From an uncultured Mycoplasmatota bacterium (GTDB taxonomy: Bacteria > Bacillota_I > Bacilli_A > RF39 > UBA660), in NCBI GenBank assembly GCA_948437815.1, contig CAOJKG010000001.1:1-36970 (forward strand): a DNA stretch of 36,970 nt. Direction: 5' to 3'. The notes beneath the pieces are model-generated. The model was not told the origin of the DNA and searched no databases. It saw nothing but the letters and a program-made list of their open reading frames with translations. The stretch's first letter is position 1; the number at the start of each line of letters is the position of its first letter. Both the position numbers and the translations under genes were made by a program. Of this stretch, positions 16,392 through 26,329 are shown in pieces.

Positions 16392-19300
16392 TAAAGAAGG
16401 AACAAATATTATAGTTTCAGCAGGGGCTGGTTCAGGTAAAACAGCGGTACTTTCAGAAAGAGTTCTTCGTAAGCTTAAAAGTGGTGTTGATATAAGAAAT
16501 ATTTTAATTCTAACTTTTACTAATGAAGCGGCTGGAGAAATGAAAAATAGAATAAGAAAGAAAATTAAAAAAGCTAATTTAACAGAGCAATTAGAATATA
16601 TTGATGTGGCTAATATTACAACTTTTGATGCTTATGCCCTAGGAATAGTAAAAAAATATCATTATCTTCTAGGAATAGGTAAGAATATTTCAATTATTGA
16701 TTCTTCTATATTAGATTTAGAAAAGTTAAGAATATTAGATGAAATAATGAGTGAATATTATGCTAAAAAAGATGCTAGATTCTTGAAATTAGTCGGAGAT
16801 TTTACAGTTCGCGATGATGAACAGATTAAAGATGTTATTTTAAATATAAATAAAGCATTAGATTTAAAATATGATAAAAATGATTTCTTAAATTCTTACA
16901 TAGAAGGTTTTTATAATGAAAGTAATATAGATAAATTATTTAAAGAATATTTTTTATATTTAAAAAATCTATGTGAAGAATTAGAAAATAATATTTATGA
17001 AATAGGAGAGTATTTAGAAGAAAAATTATATGTTAAAGTAAGTGATGCTTATTCTATATTCTTTAAACCAAATAATTATAATGATTTATATAAAATAAAA
17101 GATTTACCAAGAGTACAGTTTAGAGGTATTCCGAGTGATGCTTTAGAATTAAAAGAAAATATCAAAACTTTAGTTACAAATATTCAAAATCTTACTATAG
17201 ATAGTGAAGAAGAATTAAAAAATCAAATTATATTAACTAAAGATTATGTTAGTATAATTATTGAAATTATTTTGGAACTTGATAAGAGATTAAATAATTT
17301 TAAAAATGAAAAAGAAGCTTTTGAATTTAGCGATATAGCTAAAATGGCTATAAAAATAGTTAGTGATAATGAAATTATTAGAGAAGAAATAAAACATACC
17401 TATAATGAAATAATGATTGATGAGTATCAAGATACTAATGATTTACAAGAAGCTTTTATTTCAAAAATAGAAAATAATAATGTTTATATGGTGGGAGATA
17501 TTAAACAATCTATTTATAGATTTAGAAATGCTAATCCTAATATTTTTAAAAATAAATATGATAATTATGCTAAACATATAAATGGGGAAAAAATAGATTT
17601 ACTTAAAAACTTTAGATCAAGAAGTGAAGTTCTTAGTAATATTAACGAAATATTTAGTTTAATTATGACAGAAAAATATGGTGGGGTAGATTATAAAAAT
17701 AATCATGAGATGGTTTATGGTAATCTAGCTTATATTAATGAAGGTAAAACTAATTATTCTAATGATTTGGAAATACTTAAATATGATAATAAAGATTCTG
17801 ATTTTAATAATGTAGAGGTTGAAGCTTTTACAATAGTTAAAGATATCAAAAATAAAATTCAAAATAAATATCAAGTTTATGATTTTGAAATAGGCAAAAA
17901 AAGAGATATTTTGTTTAGTGATTTTTGCATTATTTTAGATAGAGGCACGGATATGCCAACTTATAAAAAGATATTTGAATATTTTGGTATTCCGATGGAT
18001 GTTTATAAAGACAGTAATTTAGTAAATGAAAATGATATTTTAGTTATTAAAAATATTGTTAGTTTGATATTAGCAATAAAAAATAAAGAGTTTGATACAA
18101 AAATGCGTTACTATTTTACTAGTATAGCCAGAAGTTTTATTGGGGATTTATCTGATGCAGAAATATTAAATTATATAGATAAAAATACTTTTTATGAGTC
18201 AATCATTTATAAAAAATGTGATAAAATAGCTAGAGATTTAGATAATAAAACAGCAGGATTATTATTAGAAGAAATAATCGAAAGTTTTAAATTTTATGAA
18301 TGTTTAATTAAAGGTGGAAATATTTCAAATAGTATTAAACGTCTTCATTATTTAATTGATTTAGCTAATATGGCTGAAGTTTTAGGATTTTCCATAATAG
18401 ATTTTAAAGAATATTTGGAAAAAATGGTAGATAATAGAAAAGAAATAAGACAGAAACAAGATAAGAATAGTAGTAATTCAGTAAAAATAATGAATATTCA
18501 TAAATCTAAAGGGTTAGAATTTCCTATTTGTTATTTTGCAGGATTTAAAAAGAATTTTAATTTAGGAGAAATAAAAGAAAAATTTTTGTATGATAATAAA
18601 TATGGAATTTTAACACCTTATTTTAAAGATGGTATTGGTACTACTTTTATCAAAACTTTAATAAAGAATAATTATGAGACAGAAGAAATATCAGAGAAAA
18701 TAAGACTTTTTTATGTAGCTTTAACAAGAGCTAAAGAAAAAATGATAATGGTAATACCAGAATTTAAAAAGCCGTTAAAACAAAGTATAGTTGTAAATGA
18801 TATAGTGGCTAGTAAATATCGTTCTTTTTATGATTTTATTTCTTCTATTGCAATTAATCTAAATAAATATATTAAACCTATTTCTTTGGATACTTTAGAT
18901 TTAACTAAAGATTATGAATTTAGTAATAATCAAGTTATCTTTAATGAAGAAAAAGAAGAAAAAAAGAAAATAGAATTTAAGCCAATAAATATTGAAGTAG
19001 AATTAGAAGATAAGAAACACGCTTCTAAAAAGATATTAGAAGTTTTAAATAAAAGTGATGCTAAAACTTTAGAATATGGTACGAAAATTCATGAAGAGTT
19101 AGAATTAATTAATTTTAAAGATAATAATGATAATAAATATATTAATGCTTTAAAAGCTAAATTTGATTTTAATAAGGCAATTATTTATCAAGAATTAGAG
19201 TTTTATTTTACTAAAGAGACAGTTGAATATCATGGAATAATTGATTTAATGCTCGAGTATGAAAATGAAATAATTATTATTGATTATAAACTTAAAAATA

Positions 19301-19440
19301 TAGAAGAGGATGCTTATATTAAACAATTAAAAGTTTATTATGATTATGTAAGTAGTATTAGTAATAAAGAGATTAAATTATATCTATACTCTATATTAGA
19401 TGAAAAATTAAAAGAGATAGATATAAGTTTTGTAAAATAA
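16357..19440 (+). CDS. addA: ATP-dependent helicase/nuclease subunit A (AddA/RexA, UvrD-like)
   Basis: Motifs: Walker A AGAGSGKT, DExQ box MIDEYQDTN, later helicase motifs (VGDIKQSIYRFRNA, LKNFRSR, VKIMNIHKSKGLEFP, LFYVALTRAKEKM), and a C-terminal nuclease (GIIDLMLEYENEIIIIDYK). The start is ambiguous: GTG 16348 and ATG 16351, 16354 and 16357 are all in frame. I chose 16357 because it is 8 nt after GGAGG. Confidence 0.88.
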   Translation: MNFTTEQTEAINKEGTNIIVSAGAGSGKTAVLSERVLRKLKSGVDIRNILILTFTNEAAGEMKNRIRKKIKKANLTEQLEYIDVANITTFDAYALGIVKKYHYLLGIGKNISIIDSSILDLEKLRILDEIMSEYYAKKDARFLKLVGDFTVRDDEQIKDVILNINKALDLKYDKNDFLNSYIEGFYNESNIDKLFKEYFLYLKNLCEELENNIYEIGEYLEEKLYVKVSDAYSIFFKPNNYNDLYKIKDLPRVQFRGIPSDALELKENIKTLVTNIQNLTIDSEEELKNQIILTKDYVSIIIEIILELDKRLNNFKNEKEAFEFSDIAKMAIKIVSDNEIIREEIKHTYNEIMIDEYQDTNDLQEAFISKIENNNVYMVGDIKQSIYRFRNANPNIFKNKYDNYAKHINGEKIDLLKNFRSRSEVLSNINEIFSLIMTEKYGGVDYKNNHEMVYGNLAYINEGKTNYSNDLEILKYDNKDSDFNNVEVEAFTIVKDIKNKIQNKYQVYDFEIGKKRDILFSDFCIILDRGTDMPTYKKIFEYFGIPMDVYKDSNLVNENDILVIKNIVSLILAIKNKEFDTKMRYYFTSIARSFIGDLSDAEILNYIDKNTFYESIIYKKCDKIARDLDNKTAGLLLEEIIESFKFYECLIKGGNISNSIKRLHYLIDLANMAEVLGFSIIDFKEYLEKMVDNRKEIRQKQDKNSSNSVKIMNIHKSKGLEFPICYFAGFKKNFNLGEIKEKFLYDNKYGILTPYFKDGIGTTFIKTLIKNNYETEEISEKIRLFYVALTRAKEKMIMVIPEFKKPLKQSIVVNDIVASKYRSFYDFISSIAINLNKYIKPISLDTLDLTKDYEFSNNQVIFNEEKEEKKKIEFKPINIEVELEDKKHASKKILEVLNKSDAKTLEYGTKIHEELELINFKDNNDNKYINALKAKFDFNKAIIYQELEFYFTKETVEYHGIIDLMLEYENEIIIIDYKLKNIEEDAYIKQLKVYYDYVSSISNKEIKLYLYSILDEKLKEIDISFVK

Positions 19441-19512
19441 AGTAAATATTATACTAAATACTAGTTTAGATGCATATTTTATGATAGAATAATTTTAAGA
19501 GGAGGGATATAT

Positions 19513-20067
19513 ATGCCAGTATGGTTAATAGTTATTTTAGTAATAGTTGTTATATTAGTTTTATGGGTTATAGCAACTTATAATTCACTAGTGTCTTTTA
19601 GAAATAGAGTAAAAGATGCTTGGAGTCAAATTGATGTACAATTAAAAAGAAGATTTGATTTAATTCCTAATTTAGTAGAAACTGTTAAAGGATATACTAA
19701 ACATGAATCTGAAACTTTAGAAAATGTTATAAAGGCACGTAATACTTATATGTCTGCAACACTTCCAGAAGATCAAATGAAAGCTGATGGAGAGTTAACT
19801 AAAGCAGTTAGTAAATTATTTGCTTTATCAGAAAGTTATCCTGATTTAAAAGCTAATACTAATTTTAATGATTTACAAAATCAACTTAAAGAAACTGAAA
19901 ATAAAATTGCAATGTCTAGACAATTTTATAATGATATTGTAATGCAATATAATAATAAAGTTGAGATGGTTCCATCAAATATTATTGCAAATATGTTTCA
20001 TTTTAAAAAAGAAACTTTCTTTGAAGCTCAAGAAACTGAAAGAGAAAATGTTCAAGTTAAATTTTAA
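19513..20067 (+). CDS. lemA: LemA family membrane protein
   Basis: There is an N-terminal TM segment, then [39 protein letters not shown], which is typical LemA sequence. SD AGGAGGG precedes the start. Confidence 0.85.
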   Translation: MPVWLIVILVIVVILVLWVIATYNSLVSFRNRVKDAWSQIDVQLKRRFDLIPNLVETVKGYTKHESETLENVIKARNTYMSATLPEDQMKADGELTKAVSKLFALSESYPDLKANTNFNDLQNQLKETENKIAMSRQFYNDIVMQYNNKVEMVPSNIIANMFHFKKETFFEAQETERENVQVKF

Positions 20068-20092
20068 GACTTACGTTGTTAAGTCTTTTTTT
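20066..20092 (+). terminator. Terminator-like hairpin between lemA and the DUF2207 gene
   Basis: AAGACTTA (20066-20073) pairs with TAAGTCTT (20080-20087) across loop CGTTGT, followed by T7. Confidence 0.55.
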
Positions 20093-20109
20093 GGAGGAGT
20101 GGGTACTTT

Positions 20110-22020
20110 TTGAAAAAATTTGTTTTAGGTTTATTTCTTTTTTTAGTATTTCCCTTTGTAGTTAATGCGGCAGATTATGATATTACAGATTTTTATGTGA
20201 AAGCAAATATTTTACAAAATGGTGATTTAGAAGTTAATGAACTTATTGTTTTAGATGGAGATTTTAATGGATATGAACGTGATCTACTTTATGCTAATAG
20301 TAATTTAAGCGGTGGTGATTTTGCTAATAATAGACTTTACAATGCTAGTGATATAACTGATGTAGAAATAAAAGCTAAATATGTTGATAGTGTTTCTATG
20401 GATACTTTTAATGATAAAGATTTTGACAATTTTAATATGTCTTCTTATGCAACTAATGGTTCAAAAAGCTTATATGTTAAGTCTTCTTTATCTAAAGGAT
20501 ATCGATATCGTATGTATTATCATTCTGATAATAATAAAGTTGTTTTTTATCTTAAATATATAGTTAAAGATGCTGTTGTTTTACATTTAGATGTAGCAGA
20601 GTTATATTGGACTTTTATTCCTGAAGGTTTTGAAGATACAATAAATAATATTAATATAGAAGTATATTTACCTAATATTGATAATTCAAATAATTTTAGA
20701 ATTTGGGCTCATGGTAATTTAAGTGGTGAAGTGGATTTTATAAACAAAAGTGGAGTTAAAGCTAATATTAATAAAGTTTTTACAGGTGAGGCTGTTGATA
20801 TTAGAATGACTTTTGATAAATCCTTAGTTCTTGAAGATTTAATATTTAAGAAAAGTAATGCTCTAGCATTAGACGAAATTATTAAAGTAGAAACTGATAG
20901 AGCAGATGTTGCCAATAATTTGAGAAAAGAACTTCTTCTAATACGCAATATTGTTATTTATGGAACTGTTGCGGTATATATGGCTATTTTAGTATTTGGA
21001 ATTTATATTTATTATAAATATGGTAAGAGTCCTAAATCAGGTTATTATTCTAAATATAATCGTGAATTTATTGATGATTATAATGTTGAAGTTATTGATT
21101 ATTTAATGAAAAAACAAATAACTCCAAATGCAATGAGTGCTTCAATTATGAATTTGATTTATAAAAAGAATTTATCTGTTAATGAAATTCCTAATGATAG
21201 TAAAAAGAAAGATTATGAGTTTACTTTAGAAAATAAAGATAATCTTGATGAATGTGAAAATATTTTAGTTGATTTCTTGTTTGATAGAGTAGGTAAAAAT
21301 AGAGTAAATAGTGATGAAAAAAAATGTTTTTCAACTCTTGATTTAAAAAAATATGCGAATGGTACTAAAACATGTACAACTTTTATTAATAGTTATACAA
21401 AATGGAAAAATAAAGTTATTGAAATTGGAAGAAATGAAAAGTTTTATGAAAGAAGTAATGTACCAATTATATATGGTCTAATAATATTACTTTTAACGAT
21501 TATAGTGTTTGTTTTGGGAATTAGTAGAGGTGTTGATTTTATTCCAACATATTTATTATTATTCTTTGCTATTTTCTTCTTTATATATACAATCTTAATA
21601 GATAAAAAAACTTTGCGTGGATCAGAACATTATGATAAATGGAAAGCTTTTAAAAACTTTTTAAATGATTTTGGTAGTTTTGAATTAAAAGAATTACCAG
21701 AAATAGTATTGTGGGAAAGATATTTAGTTTACGCAACTATTTTTGGTTTAGCAGATAAGGTTCAGAAAAATATGAATGTAAGAATTAATGAAATGAATAT
21801 AGATACGTTAGGCTATGATTATTATCCATCTTATGTTTATATAAACTTAGGAAATACAATTAATTCAAGCATTAATAATGCTGTAAATAGTGCTTATAGT
21901 AGGCAATCTGCGAACTATGCTAATACTCATTCTAGTTCCTCAAGTGGCGGTGGCTTTGGAGGAGGATTCTCTAGTGGTGGAGGCTTCGGCGGCGGAGGCG
22001 GTGGAGGTCGTGGATTTTAA
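20110..22020 (+). CDS. DUF2207-family membrane protein with a Gly-rich C-terminal tail
   Basis: TTG start. It has a signal peptide, an extracellular domain, several TM segments and a terminal SSSSGGGFGGGFSSGGGFGGGGGGGRGF tail. Pairing with lemA is the usual neighbourhood for this family. Confidence 0.75.
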   Translation: MKKFVLGLFLFLVFPFVVNAADYDITDFYVKANILQNGDLEVNELIVLDGDFNGYERDLLYANSNLSGGDFANNRLYNASDITDVEIKAKYVDSVSMDTFNDKDFDNFNMSSYATNGSKSLYVKSSLSKGYRYRMYYHSDNNKVVFYLKYIVKDAVVLHLDVAELYWTFIPEGFEDTINNINIEVYLPNIDNSNNFRIWAHGNLSGEVDFINKSGVKANINKVFTGEAVDIRMTFDKSLVLEDLIFKKSNALALDEIIKVETDRADVANNLRKELLLIRNIVIYGTVAVYMAILVFGIYIYYKYGKSPKSGYYSKYNREFIDDYNVEVIDYLMKKQITPNAMSASIMNLIYKKNLSVNEIPNDSKKKDYEFTLENKDNLDECENILVDFLFDRVGKNRVNSDEKKCFSTLDLKKYANGTKTCTTFINSYTKWKNKVIEIGRNEKFYERSNVPIIYGLIILLLTIIVFVLGISRGVDFIPTYLLLFFAIFFFIYTILIDKKTLRGSEHYDKWKAFKNFLNDFGSFELKELPEIVLWERYLVYATIFGLADKVQKNMNVRINEMNIDTLGYDYYPSYVYINLGNTINSSINNAVNSAYSRQSANYANTHSSSSSGGGFGGGFSSGGGFGGGGGGGRGF

Positions 22021-22052
22021 AAAAAGTGATAAAATATCACTTTTCTTTTTTT
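22020..22052. terminator. Bidirectional terminator between convergent genes
   Basis: AAGTGATA (22024-22031) pairs with TATCACTT (22035-22042). An A-run lies upstream and a T-run downstream, so it can serve both strands. Confidence 0.65.
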
Positions 22053-22062
22053 AATATATTAA

Positions 22063-23034
22063 TTATTCTTCACTTTGTTTAGTAGCTAATTCATTATATA
22101 TAGCAAGATTAAATTCATGTTCTTTGCTAGTAATGTTTTCGTCAGCTTTTTTTAATCCTTCTGTATTAATTAAAAAATATTTATGATATAAATAATCTTT
22201 ACCATCACTGCTAACTGGATCATCCCAGGTTAAATCTAAATGTAACCATTCTTCATTTATTTTAACTACATTCCAAACATGTCCCGTTGTTTCATTAGTA
22301 GTAGCTATTTTAAAATTTTCATAACCCATTTTACTTAAAAATATAGCCATTAAATCTGTATAACCATTACAAGTAGCTAAATGATTTTTTAGAGCACCAT
22401 AGGCATTATAGCTTTTTATTTCTTTATTATTATCAACATCATATTTGGTTTTGCTTATTATATAATCGTGAATTATTTTTATTTTATCATAATCTTCATT
22501 AGTTTTTTCTTTATCATCTTCTTTTTTATTTTCTTTACTGTTAGTGATAAGTTCTTTTATTAATTTGTCAATTTCGGTATTTAAATAATTTATTTCTTCT
22601 TTACTATAAATATAATCTATTTTGATTTGAATTTCCCCAGTATCATAAATATCCGATTTTATTTTTTCAAATGATTTATAGGGATGTAAAAAATTATTCA
22701 AATGGGTAAGTAAGTTTTGATCTTTACTTATATTTTTAACATCATCTATACAATTTTTATATTCTTTAGGACAATAGAATGTACCAGTTTCATTACCATT
22801 GTTTAATATAGTATAAAATATATTTAATATATCTTGTTTACCATAAGGGGTAAAGTTTTTAGTATTAGATACAAATTCAAAGTCTCCATTTTTGTAAGAT
22901 ATACCATTTAGATTATTACTACTTTTATATGTAGGGTTTAATACTAAAACAATTTTATTTGTGATAGTATCTATGTTTAAAAGAGTAACTAGTATGGCTG
23001 TAAAACATATAATAGGGGTTATTATTCTTTTCAT
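22063..23034 (-). CDS. Exported transglutaminase-like (papain-fold) domain protein
   Basis: ORF trimmed to ATG 23034, which is 6 nt after GAGGTG. There is an N-terminal signal or anchor segment. The core Cys-His-Asp signature is present (ATCNGYTDLMAIFL ... TGHVWNVVKI ... HLDLTWDDP). Confidence 0.75.
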   Translation of the reverse strand: MKRIITPIICFTAILVTLLNIDTITNKIVLVLNPTYKSSNNLNGISYKNGDFEFVSNTKNFTPYGKQDILNIFYTILNNGNETGTFYCPKEYKNCIDDVKNISKDQNLLTHLNNFLHPYKSFEKIKSDIYDTGEIQIKIDYIYSKEEINYLNTEIDKLIKELITNSKENKKEDDKEKTNEDYDKIKIIHDYIISKTKYDVDNNKEIKSYNAYGALKNHLATCNGYTDLMAIFLSKMGYENFKIATTNETTGHVWNVVKINEEWLHLDLTWDDPVSSDGKDYLYHKYFLINTEGLKKADENITSKEHEFNLAIYNELATKQSEE

Positions 23035-23060
23035 AGTATACACCTCTAGTAAAGTATATC

Positions 23061-23095
23061 AAAAAAAAAAGAAGTTCACAATAAAATGTTACTTC
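23061..23095 (-). terminator. Probable rpsT terminator
   Basis: On the - strand, GAAGT and ACTTC arms (plus-strand coordinates 23071-23095, with an internal loop) are followed by T10 (A10 at 23061-23070 on the + strand). Confidence 0.45.
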
Positions 23096-23352
23096 ATATT
23101 TTTAACTTTATTTGATAATCTTGACTTTTGTCTATCAGATGTATTTGATTTAACTAAACCTTTACTTACAGCTTGGTCTAAATATTTTTGAACATCTTTA
23201 AATAAAGTATTAGCTTTTTCTTTGTCATTAGCAGCAATAGCTTTTTCAGTTTCTTTAATTAAATTTTTAACACGAGCTTTTAGTTCATGATTATTTTCAG
23301 TTTTTTTAGCTATTACTTTAATTGCTTTTTTAGAACTTTTAATATTAGCCAA
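23089..23352 (-). CDS. rpsT: 30S ribosomal protein S20
   Basis: The N-terminus (M)ANIKSSKKAIKV is typical of S20. I call a TTG start at 23352, 8 nt after GGAAGGAG. The GTG start in the ORF track lies inside the SD. The product is 87 aa. Confidence 0.88.
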   Translation of the reverse strand: MANIKSSKKAIKVIAKKTENNHELKARVKNLIKETEKAIAANDKEKANTLFKDVQKYLDQAVSKGLVKSNTSDRQKSRLSNKVKNMK

Positions 23353-23534
23353 TCGGAACACTCCTTCCACATATCAGTATCAATTTTACCAAATAAATAC
23401 TGGTAAATCAAGCTTTTTTGTCTTATATTAACAGATTTTATGCTTAATTATTGATTTTTATGAAAAAAATATGATAATTATTATTTTTTTGTATTTTATA
23501 TTTTGTTTTTTTCATACTAATAAAAGGTGGTAGT

Positions 23535-24263
23535 ATGAAAAAGGTATTTATGGATGTTTCTAAATCTTTTAATGAAGATTTAAAAAAAATAAATAATAAA
23601 ACTAAAAATGGAATTGAAACTTTTCATTTTGAAGTTAATGAGAAAAATGAAAAGACTTTAAAAAGAATAAAGGGTGATTATTTTTCGGTTAATTTTGATT
23701 ATGTAACGCTTCATACAAAAGAAAAATATATAAAAAAAGAATTAATGAGAATATTAAATTTTCTTTTTAAAGATAGTAAGCCTGCTAGACCTTTAATTAT
23801 TGGCCTCGGTAATTCAAGTATTTTGTGTGATAGTCTTGGAATACACACTACTAATAAAGTAATGGCTACTAATCACTTTAATGATTTTTTAAATATTCCT
23901 AAAGTGGCAATATTTAATCCAGAAGTTACAGAAAAAACAGGGATTAGTTCTTTTAGTTTAATTGAAATGGTTATTAAAAAGCTTAATCCAACAGTGATTA
24001 TTATGATTGATACACTAGCCACAGATAATGATTCTTATTTAAATAATTGTATTGAAGTTAATAATACAGGGATTATTCCAGGAAGTGCTATAAAAGAAAA
24101 TAAAAAAATAGATAAAAATACTTTTAATATTCCAGTTATAGCTATTGGAGTACCTTTAGTATTAGATCGAAATAAAAATTTATATACAACTCCTAATGTT
24201 CATGAAGTTATAGATTTAACTAGTAAAATTATTAGTGATGCTTTAAATGATTTGTTTTTCTAG
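23535..24263 (+). CDS. gpr: GPR-family germination (spore) protease, compact 242-aa form
   Basis: It aligns by eye with GPR motifs: IIGLGNSSILCDSLG (family GLGNxxxTPDALG), NPEVTEKTGISS (PGVMGxTGIET), VIIMIDTLA (IAIDALA), NNTGIIPGSAI (DTGIxPGSGV) and IPVIAIGVPLVLD. Both putative catalytic Asp positions are retained. The position next to rpsT matches Bacillus and Clostridium synteny. Confidence 0.7.
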   Translation: MKKVFMDVSKSFNEDLKKINNKTKNGIETFHFEVNEKNEKTLKRIKGDYFSVNFDYVTLHTKEKYIKKELMRILNFLFKDSKPARPLIIGLGNSSILCDSLGIHTTNKVMATNHFNDFLNIPKVAIFNPEVTEKTGISSFSLIEMVIKKLNPTVIIMIDTLATDNDSYLNNCIEVNNTGIIPGSAIKENKKIDKNTFNIPVIAIGVPLVLDRNKNLYTTPNVHEVIDLTSKIISDALNDLFF

Positions 24264-24285
24264 ATTTTATTAATCTAGTTTTTCT
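24260..24285 (+). terminator. Rho-independent terminator after gpr
   Basis: CTAGATT (24260-24266) pairs with AATCTAG (24272-24278) across loop TTATT, followed by T5. Confidence 0.6.
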
Positions 24286-24319
24286 TTGTTAAAAATAATC
24301 ACAAAATATGACTATAATA

Positions 24320-24348
24320 TTGAAAAAATATCAATATTATTGTATACT
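24320..24348 (+). promoter_or_regulatory. Sigma-A type promoter of the 581-aa exported-protein gene
   Basis: TTGAAA (24320-24325), a 17-nt spacer, then TATACT (24343-24348). This predicts a leader of ~120 nt. The -10 element is overlapped by the inverted repeat TTGTATA-N7-TATACAA. Confidence 0.55.
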
Positions 24349-24475
24349 AGAAATATACAACATAAAAGTATAATACGATTGTATATAAAACAAGTTTTGG
24401 CTAGTTATGTCGAATGTAATGAAAAATATTTAAAGTTGTATTAGAATGATTAAATAGTAGAGGAAGGAATAGAAG

Positions 24476-26221
24476 ATGGAAATTAAAGAGAAGAATAAAA
24501 GGTTATTAATAATAGTAGGAGTGTTACTATTATTTGGAGGGGCATCGTTAGCATATTTTATAACTAAAATTCTTACAAATGGTAATGGAGGAAGTACTAA
24601 TGTAACAACAGCAGTAATAAAAGGTGCAACATTAAATATAGAAGGAATATTAGAATTTGAAGATTTAGAAATACTGCCAGGACATAAAACAGTAAGTGGA
24701 ATAAAAGTAACAGCAACAGGTAATAATGAGTTAATACCATATAATTTAATATGGAATGGAACTAATACATTAACAACACCACTTGAGTTTAAGATATATA
24801 AAACTAGTGAAGAAATAGAAGTAAATGCAACATGTGAGAAGAAGAGAAAGGCAGTAGGAAGTGTAACTCAAATAAGTGAAGAGTGTAATATAACTAATAT
24901 AGATAAATTAGGAACAGAAGTAGCAAGTGGAAGAATAAATAATAATGATACGAAAGTAATACTAGCAAAAGATGAATTTATAACAGCGACAAGTACAGGA
25001 GATGTAAAATATTATTATGTAATATTAGAATATCCAAATTTAAATGAAGCTCAAAATTATGATTTAGAAGGAAGCTTAGAAGGAGAAGTAACAGTAGAAG
25101 AAAATAATATAAAACCAGATATAAATATATTAGCAATACAAATACAACAAGAAAATGGAAATTATGAAGAAGTAGAGGAAATACCACAAAGTGGATATAT
25201 AGTAAATACTAGCAAGAGTACATGTAGTAATGGAGCGAAGCCAATAGGAACAGTGCCAAATGTAACTGTAAAAGGGTTAACAAAAAGTGGAACAAGTTGT
25301 TATTTATATTTAGATAAAGCAGAAAAACAAGTGAGCACAGTACTAGGAAACCTAACAGTAAAGACTTATGAGCCAGATTTTAGTGATATTGCTTATAAAG
25401 ATGAAGGAATATATCAAGCATCAGATGGAATGTATGGAGGAATAAGCTACTACTGGAGAGGAGCGGTAACTAACAACTATGTAAAATTTGCAGGATTCTG
25501 TTGGAGAATAATTCGTATAAATGGTGATGGAAGTATGCGTTTAATATATGATGGAGCAACATGTCATGCTAATGGAACGAATACATCAGAAAGTATAGCA
25601 AAAACAAGTGTAGCGTACAATATAAGTTATAATGATTCTTCTTATGTAGGATGGACATACAGTTTAGGAAGTCAAAGAACAACAAGTGGAACAGCAAGTA
25701 ATGCAAAAACACAACTAGAGTCATGGTATAATGCAAACATAACAGGAACAAATGCAAATAAGGTAGCAGATGGCAAGTTTTGTAATGATAGAAATGTAGG
25801 TCAACCAGTGTCAGATTGGGGAGGCTTTGTAACAACATGGAGTGCAACAGGAACGTCATTTGCTTATGCAGGAGCAGATAGATTGTGGAATAAATACCAG
25901 CCGACATTAGATTGTCCTACAGGAGATGTATACACATTAAAAGTGGGAGCAATAACGGCAGATGAAGTAGAGCTTGCAGGAGGAAGGGACGAAAATAACA
26001 CGTTATTTTACTTATATAACGGACAAAATTATTGGACTATGTCTCCAGTGTGTTGGGATAGCCCTTGGGCTTACGTGTTCTTTGTGCGTAATGATGGCCG
26101 CCTCGCCAACAATAGCGTGAACAACACTTATGACTTGCGCCCAGTAATAAATCTGAAGGCTGATACAGTATTTTCATCAGGTAATGGGACTTTGGATAAT
26201 CCTTATATTGTAGCAGATTAA
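24476..26221 (+). CDS. Exported protein with a SipW-type (TasA/camelysin-class) signal peptide and a C-terminal DUF6273-like module
   Basis: SD GAGGAAGGA precedes the start. The N-terminus KRLLIIVGVLLLFGGASLAYFITK fits the SipW-cognate pattern (hydrophobic core, then GG-x-x-x-AYF). The C-terminal half has NNYVKFAGFCWRIIRINGDGSMRLIY, YWTMSP and DLRPVINL motifs. From memory these resemble the DUF6273-type module. Codon usage is strongly A-ending, unlike the neighbouring genes. Confidence 0.6.
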   Translation: MEIKEKNKRLLIIVGVLLLFGGASLAYFITKILTNGNGGSTNVTTAVIKGATLNIEGILEFEDLEILPGHKTVSGIKVTATGNNELIPYNLIWNGTNTLTTPLEFKIYKTSEEIEVNATCEKKRKAVGSVTQISEECNITNIDKLGTEVASGRINNNDTKVILAKDEFITATSTGDVKYYYVILEYPNLNEAQNYDLEGSLEGEVTVEENNIKPDINILAIQIQQENGNYEEVEEIPQSGYIVNTSKSTCSNGAKPIGTVPNVTVKGLTKSGTSCYLYLDKAEKQVSTVLGNLTVKTYEPDFSDIAYKDEGIYQASDGMYGGISYYWRGAVTNNYVKFAGFCWRIIRINGDGSMRLIYDGATCHANGTNTSESIAKTSVAYNISYNDSSYVGWTYSLGSQRTTSGTASNAKTQLESWYNANITGTNANKVADGKFCNDRNVGQPVSDWGGFVTTWSATGTSFAYAGADRLWNKYQPTLDCPTGDVYTLKVGAITADEVELAGGRDENNTLFYLYNGQNYWTMSPVCWDSPWAYVFFVRNDGRLANNSVNNTYDLRPVINLKADTVFSSGNGTLDNPYIVAD

Positions 26222-26329
26222 TGATTGCTTTTTTTAGAAAAAAAGAGTATTATATTAATAGGATTATTATTCTTATATTTCTTTTGGGATATATATGTAA
26301 AGTTTTAAGTCCTAAAGGAGGTTAGTTTA

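Noticed and set aside
21940-22017. A GC-rich patch at the end of the DUF2207 gene.
   Set aside because: It is fully explained by the Gly-rich tail (GGN codons), which is typical of this family. It is not a compositional anomaly of the kind seen at 26041-26155.
23491-23519. A forespore sigma-G/F-like promoter upstream of gpr (GTATT, 17 nt, CATACTA).
   Set aside because: The motif resembles the consensus. However, the -10 element ends only ~7 nt before the SD (GGTGG 23526-23530), so the predicted start would fall inside the RBS. The spacing is implausible without experimental support.
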